Virus record (IMG/VR): IMGVR_UViG_3300020044_004715
Location: 1 to 38,383 of that record
Direction: 5' to 3' (one strand)
Length of the DNA: 38,383 nucleotides
Origin: a virus
Taxonomy: Duplodnaviria; Caudoviricetes
Made by a program: the position numbers and the translations under genes
Shown: positions 27,946 to 35,340 of the stretch, piece by piece
How the letters are laid out: each line of letters starts with the position of its first letter
How positions within the stretch are numbered: position 1 is the stretch's first letter
The notes under the pieces: generated by a model
Seen by the model: the letters and a program-made list of their open reading frames with translations, nothing else
Told to the model about the DNA's origin: nothing
The model's database searches: none

Positions 27946-28653
27946 ATGATGCGACTATCAAAAGCAGGCCGTGAAAAGCTCAAGCAGCTAGAAGGCTTTC
28001 GAGCCAAGGCATACATCCCTGTCCCCGGGGATGTGCCGACTATTGGCTACGGGTTCACAGAAGGCGTCCAGATGGGCGACGTTATGAGCCGAGAAGAAGC
28101 CGACGAGCGCCTTATTGAAGAACTGCGGCCCTATGAACTGGCCGTGTGGCAAAGCTGCTTGGTTGAGCCAAATCAGAATGAGTTCGATTCTTTTTGCTTG
28201 CTATGTTTCAACATAGGCATAAAGGGATTCAAAGGCAGCACGGTTTTGAAAGCGCACAATCGCGGCGATAAGCAAGCGGCTGCCCGTGCGTTTGGACTGT
28301 GGAATAAGTCGGGTGGCAAGGTGTATGCGGGACTGACGCGCCGCCGCGCCGAAGAATCCGCGTTGTACTTGACGCCTGCGCCGGGCATGCAGCATGAGCC
28401 TGTTGAAATGCCGCAGCGCATCGATGCAGAAAGCCGAATGACACAAAGCCCTATCAACCGGGCTGGCGTGGTGGCTGGTGGGACTGCAGCAGTTGCTACC
28501 GCGGCAGAGACAGCGCGCACCATTTCTGACGTGAAAGACAGCGTGCAATCTCTTGGTGACTGGATTGTCCCGATCCTGCTGGTTGCTGTTGTCGGGCTTT
28601 GTGCATACGTTGTGTGGCAACGCTTCAAGCAACGCTCGGGCGGCTGGTCATGA
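27946..28653 (+). CDS. Endolysin (GH24 phage lysozyme) with C-terminal membrane segment
   Basis: LEGFRAKAY...GDVPTIGYG (E/D/T catalytic pattern), NQNEFDS, FNIG and GLTRRRAEE. Tail WIVPILLVAVVGLCAYVVWQRFKQR. Confidence 0.92.
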   Translation: MMRLSKAGREKLKQLEGFRAKAYIPVPGDVPTIGYGFTEGVQMGDVMSREEADERLIEELRPYELAVWQSCLVEPNQNEFDSFCLLCFNIGIKGFKGSTVLKAHNRGDKQAAARAFGLWNKSGGKVYAGLTRRRAEESALYLTPAPGMQHEPVEMPQRIDAESRMTQSPINRAGVVAGGTAAVATAAETARTISDVKDSVQSLGDWIVPILLVAVVGLCAYVVWQRFKQRSGGWS

Positions 28654-28829
28654 ACACCTATACCAGCCGCAAATTCATTCTGGCAATGTCTGTAGTTGCC
28701 TCTGCTACGTGGCTTGTTGCTGCCGGGCATATTGCCGATGGAGTGTATTCGGCTGTGGTTATCGCTGTTGTCAGTGGCTACATGGTTGCAAACGTTGCTC
28801 AGAAGGCAACAAGCAAGGAGTCGGATTGA
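28650..28829 (+). CDS. Putative holin (59 aa, two hydrophobic segments)
   Basis: MNTYTSRKFILAMSVVASATWLVAAG...YSAVVIAVVSGYMVANV with a charged tail. Coupled at both ends, between endolysin and spanins. Confidence 0.65.
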   Translation: MNTYTSRKFILAMSVVASATWLVAAGHIADGVYSAVVIAVVSGYMVANVAQKATSKESD

Positions 28830-29161
28830 TGCTTTACGCCTACATCGGAACAGCCATAGCCGCACTGCTCATTGGGTTTGGTGGCGGCTGGAAAACCCAA
28901 GGCTGGCGCTGGGATGCCGCCGACAAACAGCGAATTGAGCAAGAAGCAAAAGAACAGCAACGCGCAAACGAACGCGCTCAATCATCCAGCAGCACATTTG
29001 AAAAGAAGAGGTCAACCAATGAAATTCAATACCGCACTGTCACCGTCACTCTTGAAAAAATTGTGGATCGTCCTGTGTACAGGAATGATTGTTTTGATGA
29101 CTCAGGGTTGCAGCACCTCAACGAACAAATCACCAACAGCACCCATTCCGGCAAACCTTGA
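28829..29161 (+). CDS. Inner-membrane spanin (Rz-like)
   Basis: N-terminal TM MLYAYIGTAIAALLIGFGGGW, coiled coil, then IVDRPVYRNDCFD with a Cys near the C-terminus. Confidence 0.8.
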   Translation: MLYAYIGTAIAALLIGFGGGWKTQGWRWDAADKQRIEQEAKEQQRANERAQSSSSTFEKKRSTNEIQYRTVTVTLEKIVDRPVYRNDCFDDSGLQHLNEQITNSTHSGKP

Positions 29162-29306
29162 TTCGCCTTGCCCAGGGCTTGAGCGATTGACGGGTGTGAC
29201 GGGGAAAGATGTTATCGCGTGGGGTACGCTGACGGTCAGGATGTATGCCGACTGTCAGGCGAAGGTAGATGGATTGCGCGATGCGTGGCCAAAGCCTGAG
29301 AAATGA
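29019..29306 (+). CDS. Outer-membrane spanin (Rz1-like lipoprotein)
   Basis: Overlaps Rz in another frame. GAGG RBS before ATG 29019, lipobox-like LMTQG-C, Pro-rich PIPANLDSPCP and YADCQAK. Confidence 0.8.
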   Translation: MKFNTALSPSLLKKLWIVLCTGMIVLMTQGCSTSTNKSPTAPIPANLDSPCPGLERLTGVTGKDVIAWGTLTVRMYADCQAKVDGLRDAWPKPEK

Positions 29307-29332
29307 AAAAGCCAGCACTAGGCTGGCTTTCT
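29306..29332. terminator. Probable bidirectional intrinsic terminator
   Basis: AAAAAGCCAGC-ACTAG-GCTGGCTTTCT right at the spanin stop, where the two operons converge. Confidence 0.75.
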
Positions 29333-29346
29333 CCCCCGCGCCTCTG

Positions 29347-29384
29347 GTGGTTGCGCACTCAGTATAAACCAAATGCGCAACCAC
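29347..29384. repeat. Perfect 11-bp inverted repeat with 16-nt spacer
   Basis: GTGGTTGCGCA (29347-29357) and TGCGCAACCAC (29374-29384). Confidence 0.85.
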
Positions 29385-29395
29385 ATCGGGCAAAG

Positions 29396-30280
29396 TTACT
29401 TGCAAACTCGCTGGATTACCAGTGGATCGCTGCCCTTGTAATCGCACGTAGATGGCGCAGCCTTTGCCGACAACACAGGCGTTGCCACAGCAGCCGATGT
29501 GCCGCCACAAGGCTTGCCAGCACGGGCGCGGGCCGCTTTGTATGCAGGCACTTCGCACAGCATTTCAGCAGCCGTTGCGCGGTCACCCAGCACCGTGGCC
29601 GTTGCCCTGACTTGTTCCAGCAAAACACAATTTTCGTCCGTGTAGCTCTTGCCAAAGCTCAGGCCAAACGAAACACCCTGAGCCCCGCCAGACACACCCA
29701 AAGCACACAGTGCGGTGGGTGCAATGCTTGGGGCATAAGCCGTGTTCACGGGATTCCGCTCTTGTGCTTGGTACGTGTCCCCCGTCACGGTGACATTGGC
29801 CCCGCTGCTGTTGTTGTTGGTTGTGTCTTGGCGCCCTCCCACCATCGTATTACCGCCGCTGTTTGATGTCGAGGTAGAGCCAGACGTAGCAGACGCGCCG
29901 GAGTTAGACGACGACACAGCGCGGCCACCTTCACCACCGATGCCGACGCCGATAGCTGCTTGGCCCTGCTGCTGGCCTTGGGCTTGTCCTTGCTGCTGAC
30001 CCAGCACGTTTGTGTTGCTGCTGTTGCCTGAGCCGATCACGCCGGAAGACGATGAACTGTTGCCGGAACCCAGCACAGAACCACCTTCACCGCCGCGCCC
30101 TCCGGCGCCCCCAGCACCGCCATTGGCGACAGGGTTTGCAATGGCCGTGCCGCCTGTTGCATTCCCTCCGGTTGCACTGCCACCAGTGGCGTTACCACCT
30201 TGGCGGTTTTGGTTGTTGCCTGTGGCAAATGCTGGCACGCAGGCCAGGGCGACAATGATTGCGAGAACGTTTTTGCGCAT
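29396..30280 (-). CDS. Secreted G/S/N/Q-rich low-complexity protein with Cys-containing C-terminal domain (294 aa)
   Basis: AGGAG RBS before ATG 30280, signal peptide MRKNVLAIIVALACVPAFA, repetitive middle and six Cys in the C-terminal part. Confidence 0.85.
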   Translation of the reverse strand: MRKNVLAIIVALACVPAFATGNNQNRQGGNATGGSATGGNATGGTAIANPVANGGAGGAGGRGGEGGSVLGSGNSSSSSGVIGSGNSSNTNVLGQQQGQAQGQQQGQAAIGVGIGGEGGRAVSSSNSGASATSGSTSTSNSGGNTMVGGRQDTTNNNSSGANVTVTGDTYQAQERNPVNTAYAPSIAPTALCALGVSGGAQGVSFGLSFGKSYTDENCVLLEQVRATATVLGDRATAAEMLCEVPAYKAARARAGKPCGGTSAAVATPVLSAKAAPSTCDYKGSDPLVIQRVCK

Positions 30281-30344
30281 GTAAATGCTCCTAAGGTGAT
30301 GCGGAAACCGCCGCATCGTCGGGTGCCTTGGCGGGCGGGTTTGG

Positions 30345-30497
30345 TTAGTGCAAGGTATTGCTAGGCGGCGGATCATCATAGTCAGGCTCCGGGATATCCA
30401 GCTCCTGCAGATCATCATCGCGCTCATTGCGCCAGTCTGTTTGTATGCCCCAGCGGTCGCGCTTGTCGTCGCGGTTGTGCTTGTGGTGGTGGCTCAT
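30345..30497 (-). CDS. Small charged protein (50 aa)
   Basis: GGAGG RBS. MSHHHKHNRDDKRDRWGIQTDWRNERDDDLQELDIPEPDYDDPPPSNTLH. ATGA-coupled. Confidence 0.65.
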   Translation of the reverse strand: MSHHHKHNRDDKRDRWGIQTDWRNERDDDLQELDIPEPDYDDPPPSNTLH

Positions 30498-30673
30498 GGC
30501 ATAGTCCTCCATAACCAAATAAACAACCCAATCACTATGGGTGGAATGCTGCAAAGAACAAGCCATGATCCTGAAATTCCAAACCACTCACGATCATCTT
30601 CATAGTCGTAATGGTCATCAAGCCAACATAAGACCACACCAACAAGAAACATAGCTACGCCTATTGCGGTCAT
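30494..30673 (-). CDS. Small two-TM membrane protein (59 aa)
   Basis: Translated by hand: MTAIGVAMFLVGVVLCWLDDHYDYEDDREWFGISGSWLVLCSIPPIVIGLFIWLWRTMP. ATGA overlaps at both ends. Confidence 0.75.
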   Translation of the reverse strand: MTAIGVAMFLVGVVLCWLDDHYDYEDDREWFGISGSWLVLCSIPPIVIGLFIWLWRTMP

Positions 30674-30933
30674 GATTGGCCCTTCATAGCGGCATCGATG
30701 GCGTCATCTAAGCTCTCGTGGTTTTGAGCAATCCACCCAAGCCCCTCTTGCACATCGACGTTGTTGCATTCAACTTTAAGCCAGTGATACCTAGCCGCAT
30801 CCTTGCGCAGTGCTTCATTCTCAGCGTGCAGGCGGCGAATTGTGTCTGCACCACGACCAGCTATGTCTGACGGCATGCCCATAGCAGACAAGTCATCAGC
30901 GATTTCAAGCGCTTCCGGTTGTTCCTGTGTCAT
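30670..30933 (-). CDS. Hypothetical early protein (Ead/Ea22-like mosaic type)
   Basis: QPEALEIAD, IRRLHAENEALRKDAARYHWL and LDDAIDAAM are motifs typical of lambdoid early small genes. Confidence 0.75.
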   Translation of the reverse strand: MTQEQPEALEIADDLSAMGMPSDIAGRGADTIRRLHAENEALRKDAARYHWLKVECNNVDVQEGLGWIAQNHESLDDAIDAAMKGQS

Positions 30934-31109
30934 GAGTCCCCCTGTGCTTCATCGTGTTTAGCAAGTTCGTCCGTGTTGGCCCATGCCGCTACAGGCTCGG
31001 CTCCGTCTTCGCAGTAGGTGTAGGCCGTAGCCTTTTCAGCTAAATCAAAGAACATGATTGAGCCATCCAGAACGCGAACGAACCATCCGATTTGTGTTTG
31101 TTGTGTCAT
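30930..31109 (-). CDS. Hypothetical protein (59 aa)
   Basis: GGAG RBS, starts MTQQTQIGWFVRV, ATGA-coupled at both ends. Confidence 0.65.
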   Translation of the reverse strand: MTQQTQIGWFVRVLDGSIMFFDLAEKATAYTYCEDGAEPVAAWANTDELAKHDEAQGDS

Positions 31110-31402
31110 GTGTTCTCCAGGCGGGCGCGGGCTGCGTTGATTGCTTTTGCAATGCGCTCTGCCTCTTGTTCCAGTTTTTTGAGCTGGTCTTTGTGATGAC
31201 CTTGCATGGCTTCTGCAAAGCGGTGCACGCACTCAATTGCAAAGTCGTGCCCATCTTCTAGAGCATCTTTCATCTGCCGGATCAGCTCTGTGTCTTGCTT
31301 GCGGACTTCGGCTTCGATTGCGTTTGCGATCAATCGACGCTCTTGTTTCTTGTCGCGGCTTTGTTGCTGGAAACAATCGTGAATCTGTTCGTCACTCAGC
31401 AT
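31106..31402 (-). CDS. Hypothetical helical protein (98 aa)
   Basis: GGAGG RBS, MLSDEQIHDCF...AINAARARLENT. Confidence 0.7.
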   Translation of the reverse strand: MLSDEQIHDCFQQQSRDKKQERRLIANAIEAEVRKQDTELIRQMKDALEDGHDFAIECVHRFAEAMQGHHKDQLKKLEQEAERIAKAINAARARLENT

Positions 31403-31682
31403 CTTTGCCTCCCTTCTGTGTGATGCCGTGGGCGGCTTCAATGTCTCGCACGGCGGGAATGTATGCGTCTGCTCGGCCACTCCAGTGCCAGCCGTGGTCA
31501 ATGAAAATGCTTTCAATCTGCTCATTGCTCAGCGGCTCCCGCGCAACTGGCTGTGGTGCGCCCCACTTGGCAAGGACTGCGCGGGCAAAAGCACGCTTTG
31601 CGAGAGCTGGCGCGATCCAGCCATCCCAGTCAAAAGCATCGGCAAACGCCGCAAGCTCCGCATCGCTCGGTGTTTTGCTCAT
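31392..31682 (-). CDS. Hypothetical early protein (96 aa)
   Basis: MSKTPSDAEL...FARAVLAKWG...PLSNEQI...IEAAHGI, with coupled start. Confidence 0.7.
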   Translation of the reverse strand: MSKTPSDAELAAFADAFDWDGWIAPALAKRAFARAVLAKWGAPQPVAREPLSNEQIESIFIDHGWHWSGRADAYIPAVRDIEAAHGITQKGGKDAE

Positions 31683-32053
31683 GGTGTGCCTTTCTGTGGG
31701 GTGGCGAGAGATACGCCGATGCTGCACACGGCTTTATGACTGGACTCTCGGAGCGCCTTCAAAAACGCGAAATCATCTGGCGTGCTTGGTCGGCAGATGC
31801 CGTACCGCATACCGACAATACGCGGCTGCACCACCAAAAACGTTACATCACATCCTTCTGCTTCTGCTGCCTCAATGAGGCAATACGAGCCGTGCACTCC
31901 ACTGGTCGAGAACAGGCAAAAGTTCAGGTCATTTGCCTTCCCGTCTGGGAACAGCTCGCGCAATGCCGCCATTCCATCCCCGCGAAGTTGCATCACGCCA
32001 TAGTAGGGGTCATCCGCGTCTCGGCTGACATTTTGTGAGCGAACCCAACACAT
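31679..32053 (-). CDS. Hypothetical protein (124 aa)
   Basis: GGAGG RBS, start overlaps the previous stop, contains NFCLFSTSGVHGSY...VTFLVVQPR. Confidence 0.7.
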   Translation of the reverse strand: MCWVRSQNVSRDADDPYYGVMQLRGDGMAALRELFPDGKANDLNFCLFSTSGVHGSYCLIEAAEAEGCDVTFLVVQPRIVGMRYGICRPSTPDDFAFLKALRESSHKAVCSIGVSLATPQKGTP

Positions 32054-33423
32054 CACGCACCTCCTTGCGCTGCCAGGGCTGCGCGGGCTTGCCACAGCGT
32101 CCATGCGGCCTGTGCTTCGCCAAAGAAATATTTCCCCTCGCTGTGTGCCGGTGTTTCCATCTTGTGCTGTGCAAACATTTGCGACCACAAAATCGGTGGT
32201 CTTCCGTGCAGTTTCGCCCAGGCGGACTCAAACGCATCACGCTCACTCAGAACCGCTGGCGCTGCCTGTGGGGCTGCTGACTGGGGTGTGGTGTAGAGCG
32301 GCTTGGGCTTGTGCTCGACGCCGAACTTGTCTGTGACGCCGGGGCTATCACTGAACGTTTTAGCGATCCACACCACCCGACCCTCCATGTGGTCGATCAG
32401 TTCTGCGTCTGTCATGGCGCACCCTGGCGCACGGGTGAAATGCACACGCTCAGCACCTTTGAATGTTTGCAGCGTCGGAACTAGCCACGCTACAGGCTCT
32501 TGCGCCTCCTGCTGGGGCGCTGCTTTGCTGGCTGCTTGTGCCATAGCTGCCTGCCATGCGTGCCATGCCACCACGTCAATCCGCGACGCCCAATATTCCG
32601 GCAATTGGTACGGCCCCCACCATGCAAAGAATGCCGCCCTGTCTTGCTGCTCCCCTGGCGCTGCCTTGGGGGCGGCTTGCTCAGTGCATCCGCTGTATTC
32701 CGGCTTTTGAGTGTCGCCAAATGCGTTGTGAAGCTCGCGTGCACGTTTGCCCCAATCGATTCCGCTGGCATTGTCTAACCTAAGCGCGTGGGTGCGGTCT
32801 GCGAAGTCGAGAAGTTGAGCTGCAGTGAAAACATCGCCTCCATACTCAGCAAGCCACGCTACAGAGTCGGGCTTATTTGCATAGACCGCGCCGGGCTGGG
32901 CTTTGGCCTCGGGGGCGGCTTGCTTGCATAACGCCCGTGGGTCGCCACTTCCGCATGTGCCCGTGAAAGGCTCATCTGATCCGCAGATCACGCATGGCCT
33001 TGCGGGCTGGCCCCTCAGAGCAGCTCCGGTAGTAGCGCCCAGCAGCTCCAGGTGCAGGCGCAGCAACTCGCCCGCGACTGGCGCTGGTGTCGGGTACGCA
33101 ATGCCATCGACCAGCACCGATTCCATGGCTGGCTGCTCTGCTGGGGGCGTTGGTGCCCACCCAAAGATTTCCGAGCAGACCTGCTGCAGCCTTTGCTTTT
33201 GATGTTCGGGCCAAGGCTCATGCATCCCTGGGAACGGCGCTACTGGCCCCGCGCTGAGCGCTTGCACGCCTCCAGCGCCCAAGGCCTCGAGTTCTCGGTC
33301 CTGCTGCTGCAAGGCGTTGATGGCCTGCACCATCAAGTAGGTGGTGGTGTTCTCGCGGCCGTACTTGGCCACGTTCTCTTGCATCTCGCGGATGAGTGTT
33401 TTGGTGTTGGCTTTATTGGTCAT
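32053..33423 (-). CDS. Mosaic multi-module early protein (456 aa)
   Basis: Short modules joined by QAAP/KAAP linkers. Contains a CxxC-x9-C-x8-C cluster, EPVAW...PLY and ERDAFE...WQARAAL. Confidence 0.75.
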   Translation of the reverse strand: MTNKANTKTLIREMQENVAKYGRENTTTYLMVQAINALQQQDRELEALGAGGVQALSAGPVAPFPGMHEPWPEHQKQRLQQVCSEIFGWAPTPPAEQPAMESVLVDGIAYPTPAPVAGELLRLHLELLGATTGAALRGQPARPCVICGSDEPFTGTCGSGDPRALCKQAAPEAKAQPGAVYANKPDSVAWLAEYGGDVFTAAQLLDFADRTHALRLDNASGIDWGKRARELHNAFGDTQKPEYSGCTEQAAPKAAPGEQQDRAAFFAWWGPYQLPEYWASRIDVVAWHAWQAAMAQAASKAAPQQEAQEPVAWLVPTLQTFKGAERVHFTRAPGCAMTDAELIDHMEGRVVWIAKTFSDSPGVTDKFGVEHKPKPLYTTPQSAAPQAAPAVLSERDAFESAWAKLHGRPPILWSQMFAQHKMETPAHSEGKYFFGEAQAAWTLWQARAALAAQGGA

Positions 33424-33442
33424 GGATATTTCCAAATAAAAC

Positions 33443-33490
33443 GGCTCCAGCGCTTTTAAATAAAGCGCTGGTAGCTATTAAATTGATAGT
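33443..33490. repeat. Double-palindrome intergenic element resembling a Comamonadaceae REP-like repeat
   Basis: CCAGCGCTTT-TAAAT-AAAGCGCTGG (33447-33471) followed by GCTATTA-AAT-TGATAGT (33474-33490). Confidence 0.7.
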
Positions 33491-33491
33491 G

Positions 33492-33821
33492 CTACTTGAG
33501 CCACAAAGACCTGACGCGCTCCCATGCAGCCCTGTCACAGTCCCCGCCAAGCGGTTTGTGCTCCAGGCCTTGGGCGCGGGCTTCGTCGTCGCGCCTAATC
33601 TCTTCCTCAACTTCGCGCTGGATCTGCTTGCGCACGTTCTCCGGGAAGTGCTCCCAGTTGGCAAAAATCCAGCGCTCACAGTACCCAACGATGTAGGTCA
33701 TGCGGCCCAGGCAGTAGCTGAAGGCTGCCATGGCCATCAGCCCATCGCGCCCCCATGCGCCGCACTCTTGGAGTGTTGTGGGCACGTAGCGGCTGCCCTG
33801 CTTTTTGTAGATGGTGGTCAT
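33492..33821 (-). CDS. Hypothetical phage protein (109 aa)
   Basis: AAFSYCLGRMTYIV...LGGDCDRAAW, ATGA-coupled. Confidence 0.8.
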   Translation of the reverse strand: MTTIYKKQGSRYVPTTLQECGAWGRDGLMAMAAFSYCLGRMTYIVGYCERWIFANWEHFPENVRKQIQREVEEEIRRDDEARAQGLEHKPLGGDCDRAAWERVRSLWLK

Positions 33822-34303
33822 TGGGTGGCCTGTATTTCTTTGATTTGCTGCAGCTTCTGCGCGTACTCATTGGCCCCGTACACAGCTTCTAGCGCGTTCC
33901 GCAGCTCCCGGCGCGTGCACTGCAACTGCATCTGATCGCAGCAGTTCAGCCCCAAGCCCATGGCGGCGAATTCCGGCTGGCTGCTTCCCCACTTGCCTGT
34001 GCGGGCGTGTCGATCCTTCACGGCGCGCAGGGCGTCTTGTGCTTCTGTCAACGGGTGGATTCCGTCTGGGAAATGTCGCTCTGCCAGCAAGCGGCCCCAG
34101 TTCAACCGCAGCGCCAGGGCGTGCCAGTCTGATTCCTCGGCATCGCCACTGCGGAACAACTCCAGCATGTTGTGCGGGCTTAGCTGCAACTTGAGCTCGT
34201 CGCCGCTGCCGAACCTGATGTTGATCGGCAGGGCTATTTCTCTCCGGTGGGCCGTGCCGCGCCTGCTTGCACGGGCGGCTGCGCGCTTCTCTGTCCGGTT
34301 CAT
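33818..34303 (-). CDS. Hypothetical phage protein (161 aa)
   Basis: Starts MNRTEKRAAAR, helical body, coupled at both ends. Confidence 0.75.
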   Translation of the reverse strand: MNRTEKRAAARASRRGTAHRREIALPINIRFGSGDELKLQLSPHNMLELFRSGDAEESDWHALALRLNWGRLLAERHFPDGIHPLTEAQDALRAVKDRHARTGKWGSSQPEFAAMGLGLNCCDQMQLQCTRRELRNALEAVYGANEYAQKLQQIKEIQATQ

Positions 34304-34632
34304 GTTCGCCGCCCCCGATAGTCCAGCTCTTTAGGCACATACCGCCCGCCCATGGTCGCCGTGATGTGCGGGATGTAGTCGGGGACGATCCGCTCGGCGC
34401 GGCGCATCTCTTCCCACTTTGTCGGCTCCACTGGCCGCGCCAGGGCTTCCGATTGCGTTGCGGTTTTCTTGCGGGACGGGCGGACGATCCGAAGAACTTC
34501 GGTGATGATCTTGCTGACGCGGCGGTGATCAAGGCCAAGGAGCCGCGCTATCTCGCGCCCGCTTTTGCCGTCCAGAGTCATCACGCGGATGGCTTCGACC
34601 GTTTCGTGCGGGGCTGTGGTTTTGGATGCCAT
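34300..34632 (-). CDS. Helix-turn-helix protein
   Basis: IRVMTLDGKSGREIARLLGLDHRRVSKII is an HTH signature. Confidence 0.75.
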   Translation of the reverse strand: MASKTTAPHETVEAIRVMTLDGKSGREIARLLGLDHRRVSKIITEVLRIVRPSRKKTATQSEALARPVEPTKWEEMRRAERIVPDYIPHITATMGGRYVPKELDYRGRRT

Positions 34633-34677
34633 ACAGGCCTTTCAAAATTCCCGCCAGCCAGCCCGGCGGGTGTTGGG

Positions 34678-35340
34678 TTACGCTGCAAGCAGCTCCGGTG
34701 TTTGGTGGATTTGGTCGAACTCGGCAACGACCTGGGCGTAGTAGTCGCGCGCGGCCTTCACCTTCTCCGCGATGGCGCGTTCCTTGTCGAAATCGCGCCG
34801 GATGGTCCAGCTGGTCAGGCGCATGTACTCGGGGATATGGCTGACCACATGCATCTGCAGTGGCTCAAAGCCGATCAAGCGCTCGGGTGTGTCAACCAGG
34901 GCGTAATTCACTTCCCACTCGTCGGCGTCCCACAGCCACATGTACCCGCGCATCTGCCACTCGTACAGCTTGTCTTCGCAGTCAACAACCCAGCCTGGGA
35001 AAGTCTTTGCGGACCATGACGACTTCAAGTCGTGGCCGCGTTTGCGCGTTGCATCGTAGAGGTCGCATTCCCCGCTGATCAGCCCGTTGCTTTTGCGTTC
35101 TGCGTTCTTCACTAGCTGCAGGCCGCGCACACGGTTGAGGAGGGCGATGCTTTCATCTTCGACCTCGATACCCTTCTGAGTTTCCTTGCTGGCAAACTCG
35201 AAATCCACCCCTAGGATTTCCTGTTGCGCCAGTTCGCGGATGTAGGTCTTAGCGCCGACCGACAGGGGGCCTTCCTTCAGGGTTTTTGGCTCGGTCATGA
35301 TCTTCCCAAGCGAAGAACACCGGATCAAAACTTCACGCAT
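34678..35340 (-). CDS. YqaJ/lambda-exonuclease-family nuclease
   Basis: IRCSSLGKIM, KGIEVED, ISGECD...DLKSSW and YEWQMRGYMWL. AAGGAG RBS before ATG 35340. Confidence 0.85.
   Translation of the reverse strand: MREVLIRCSSLGKIMTEPKTLKEGPLSVGAKTYIRELAQQEILGVDFEFASKETQKGIEVEDESIALLNRVRGLQLVKNAERKSNGLISGECDLYDATRKRGHDLKSSWSAKTFPGWVVDCEDKLYEWQMRGYMWLWDADEWEVNYALVDTPERLIGFEPLQMHVVSHIPEYMRLTSWTIRRDFDKERAIAEKVKAARDYYAQVVAEFDQIHQTPELLAA

Noticed and set aside
29350-29377. Possible dif/Xer site (GTTGCGCACTC-AGTATA-AACCAAATGCG)
   Set aside because: The left arm and spacer loosely resemble E. coli dif, but the normally well-conserved XerD arm (TTATGTTAAAT) is absent.
29303-29866. 187-aa plus-strand ORF after the spanins
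   Set aside because: It runs through the terminator and antisense to the secreted-protein gene, and the sequence does not look protein-like.
30281-30427. N-terminal extension of the secreted protein given in the ORF track (start 30427)
   Set aside because: The RBS and signal peptide point to ATG 30280, and the extension overlaps another coupled gene.
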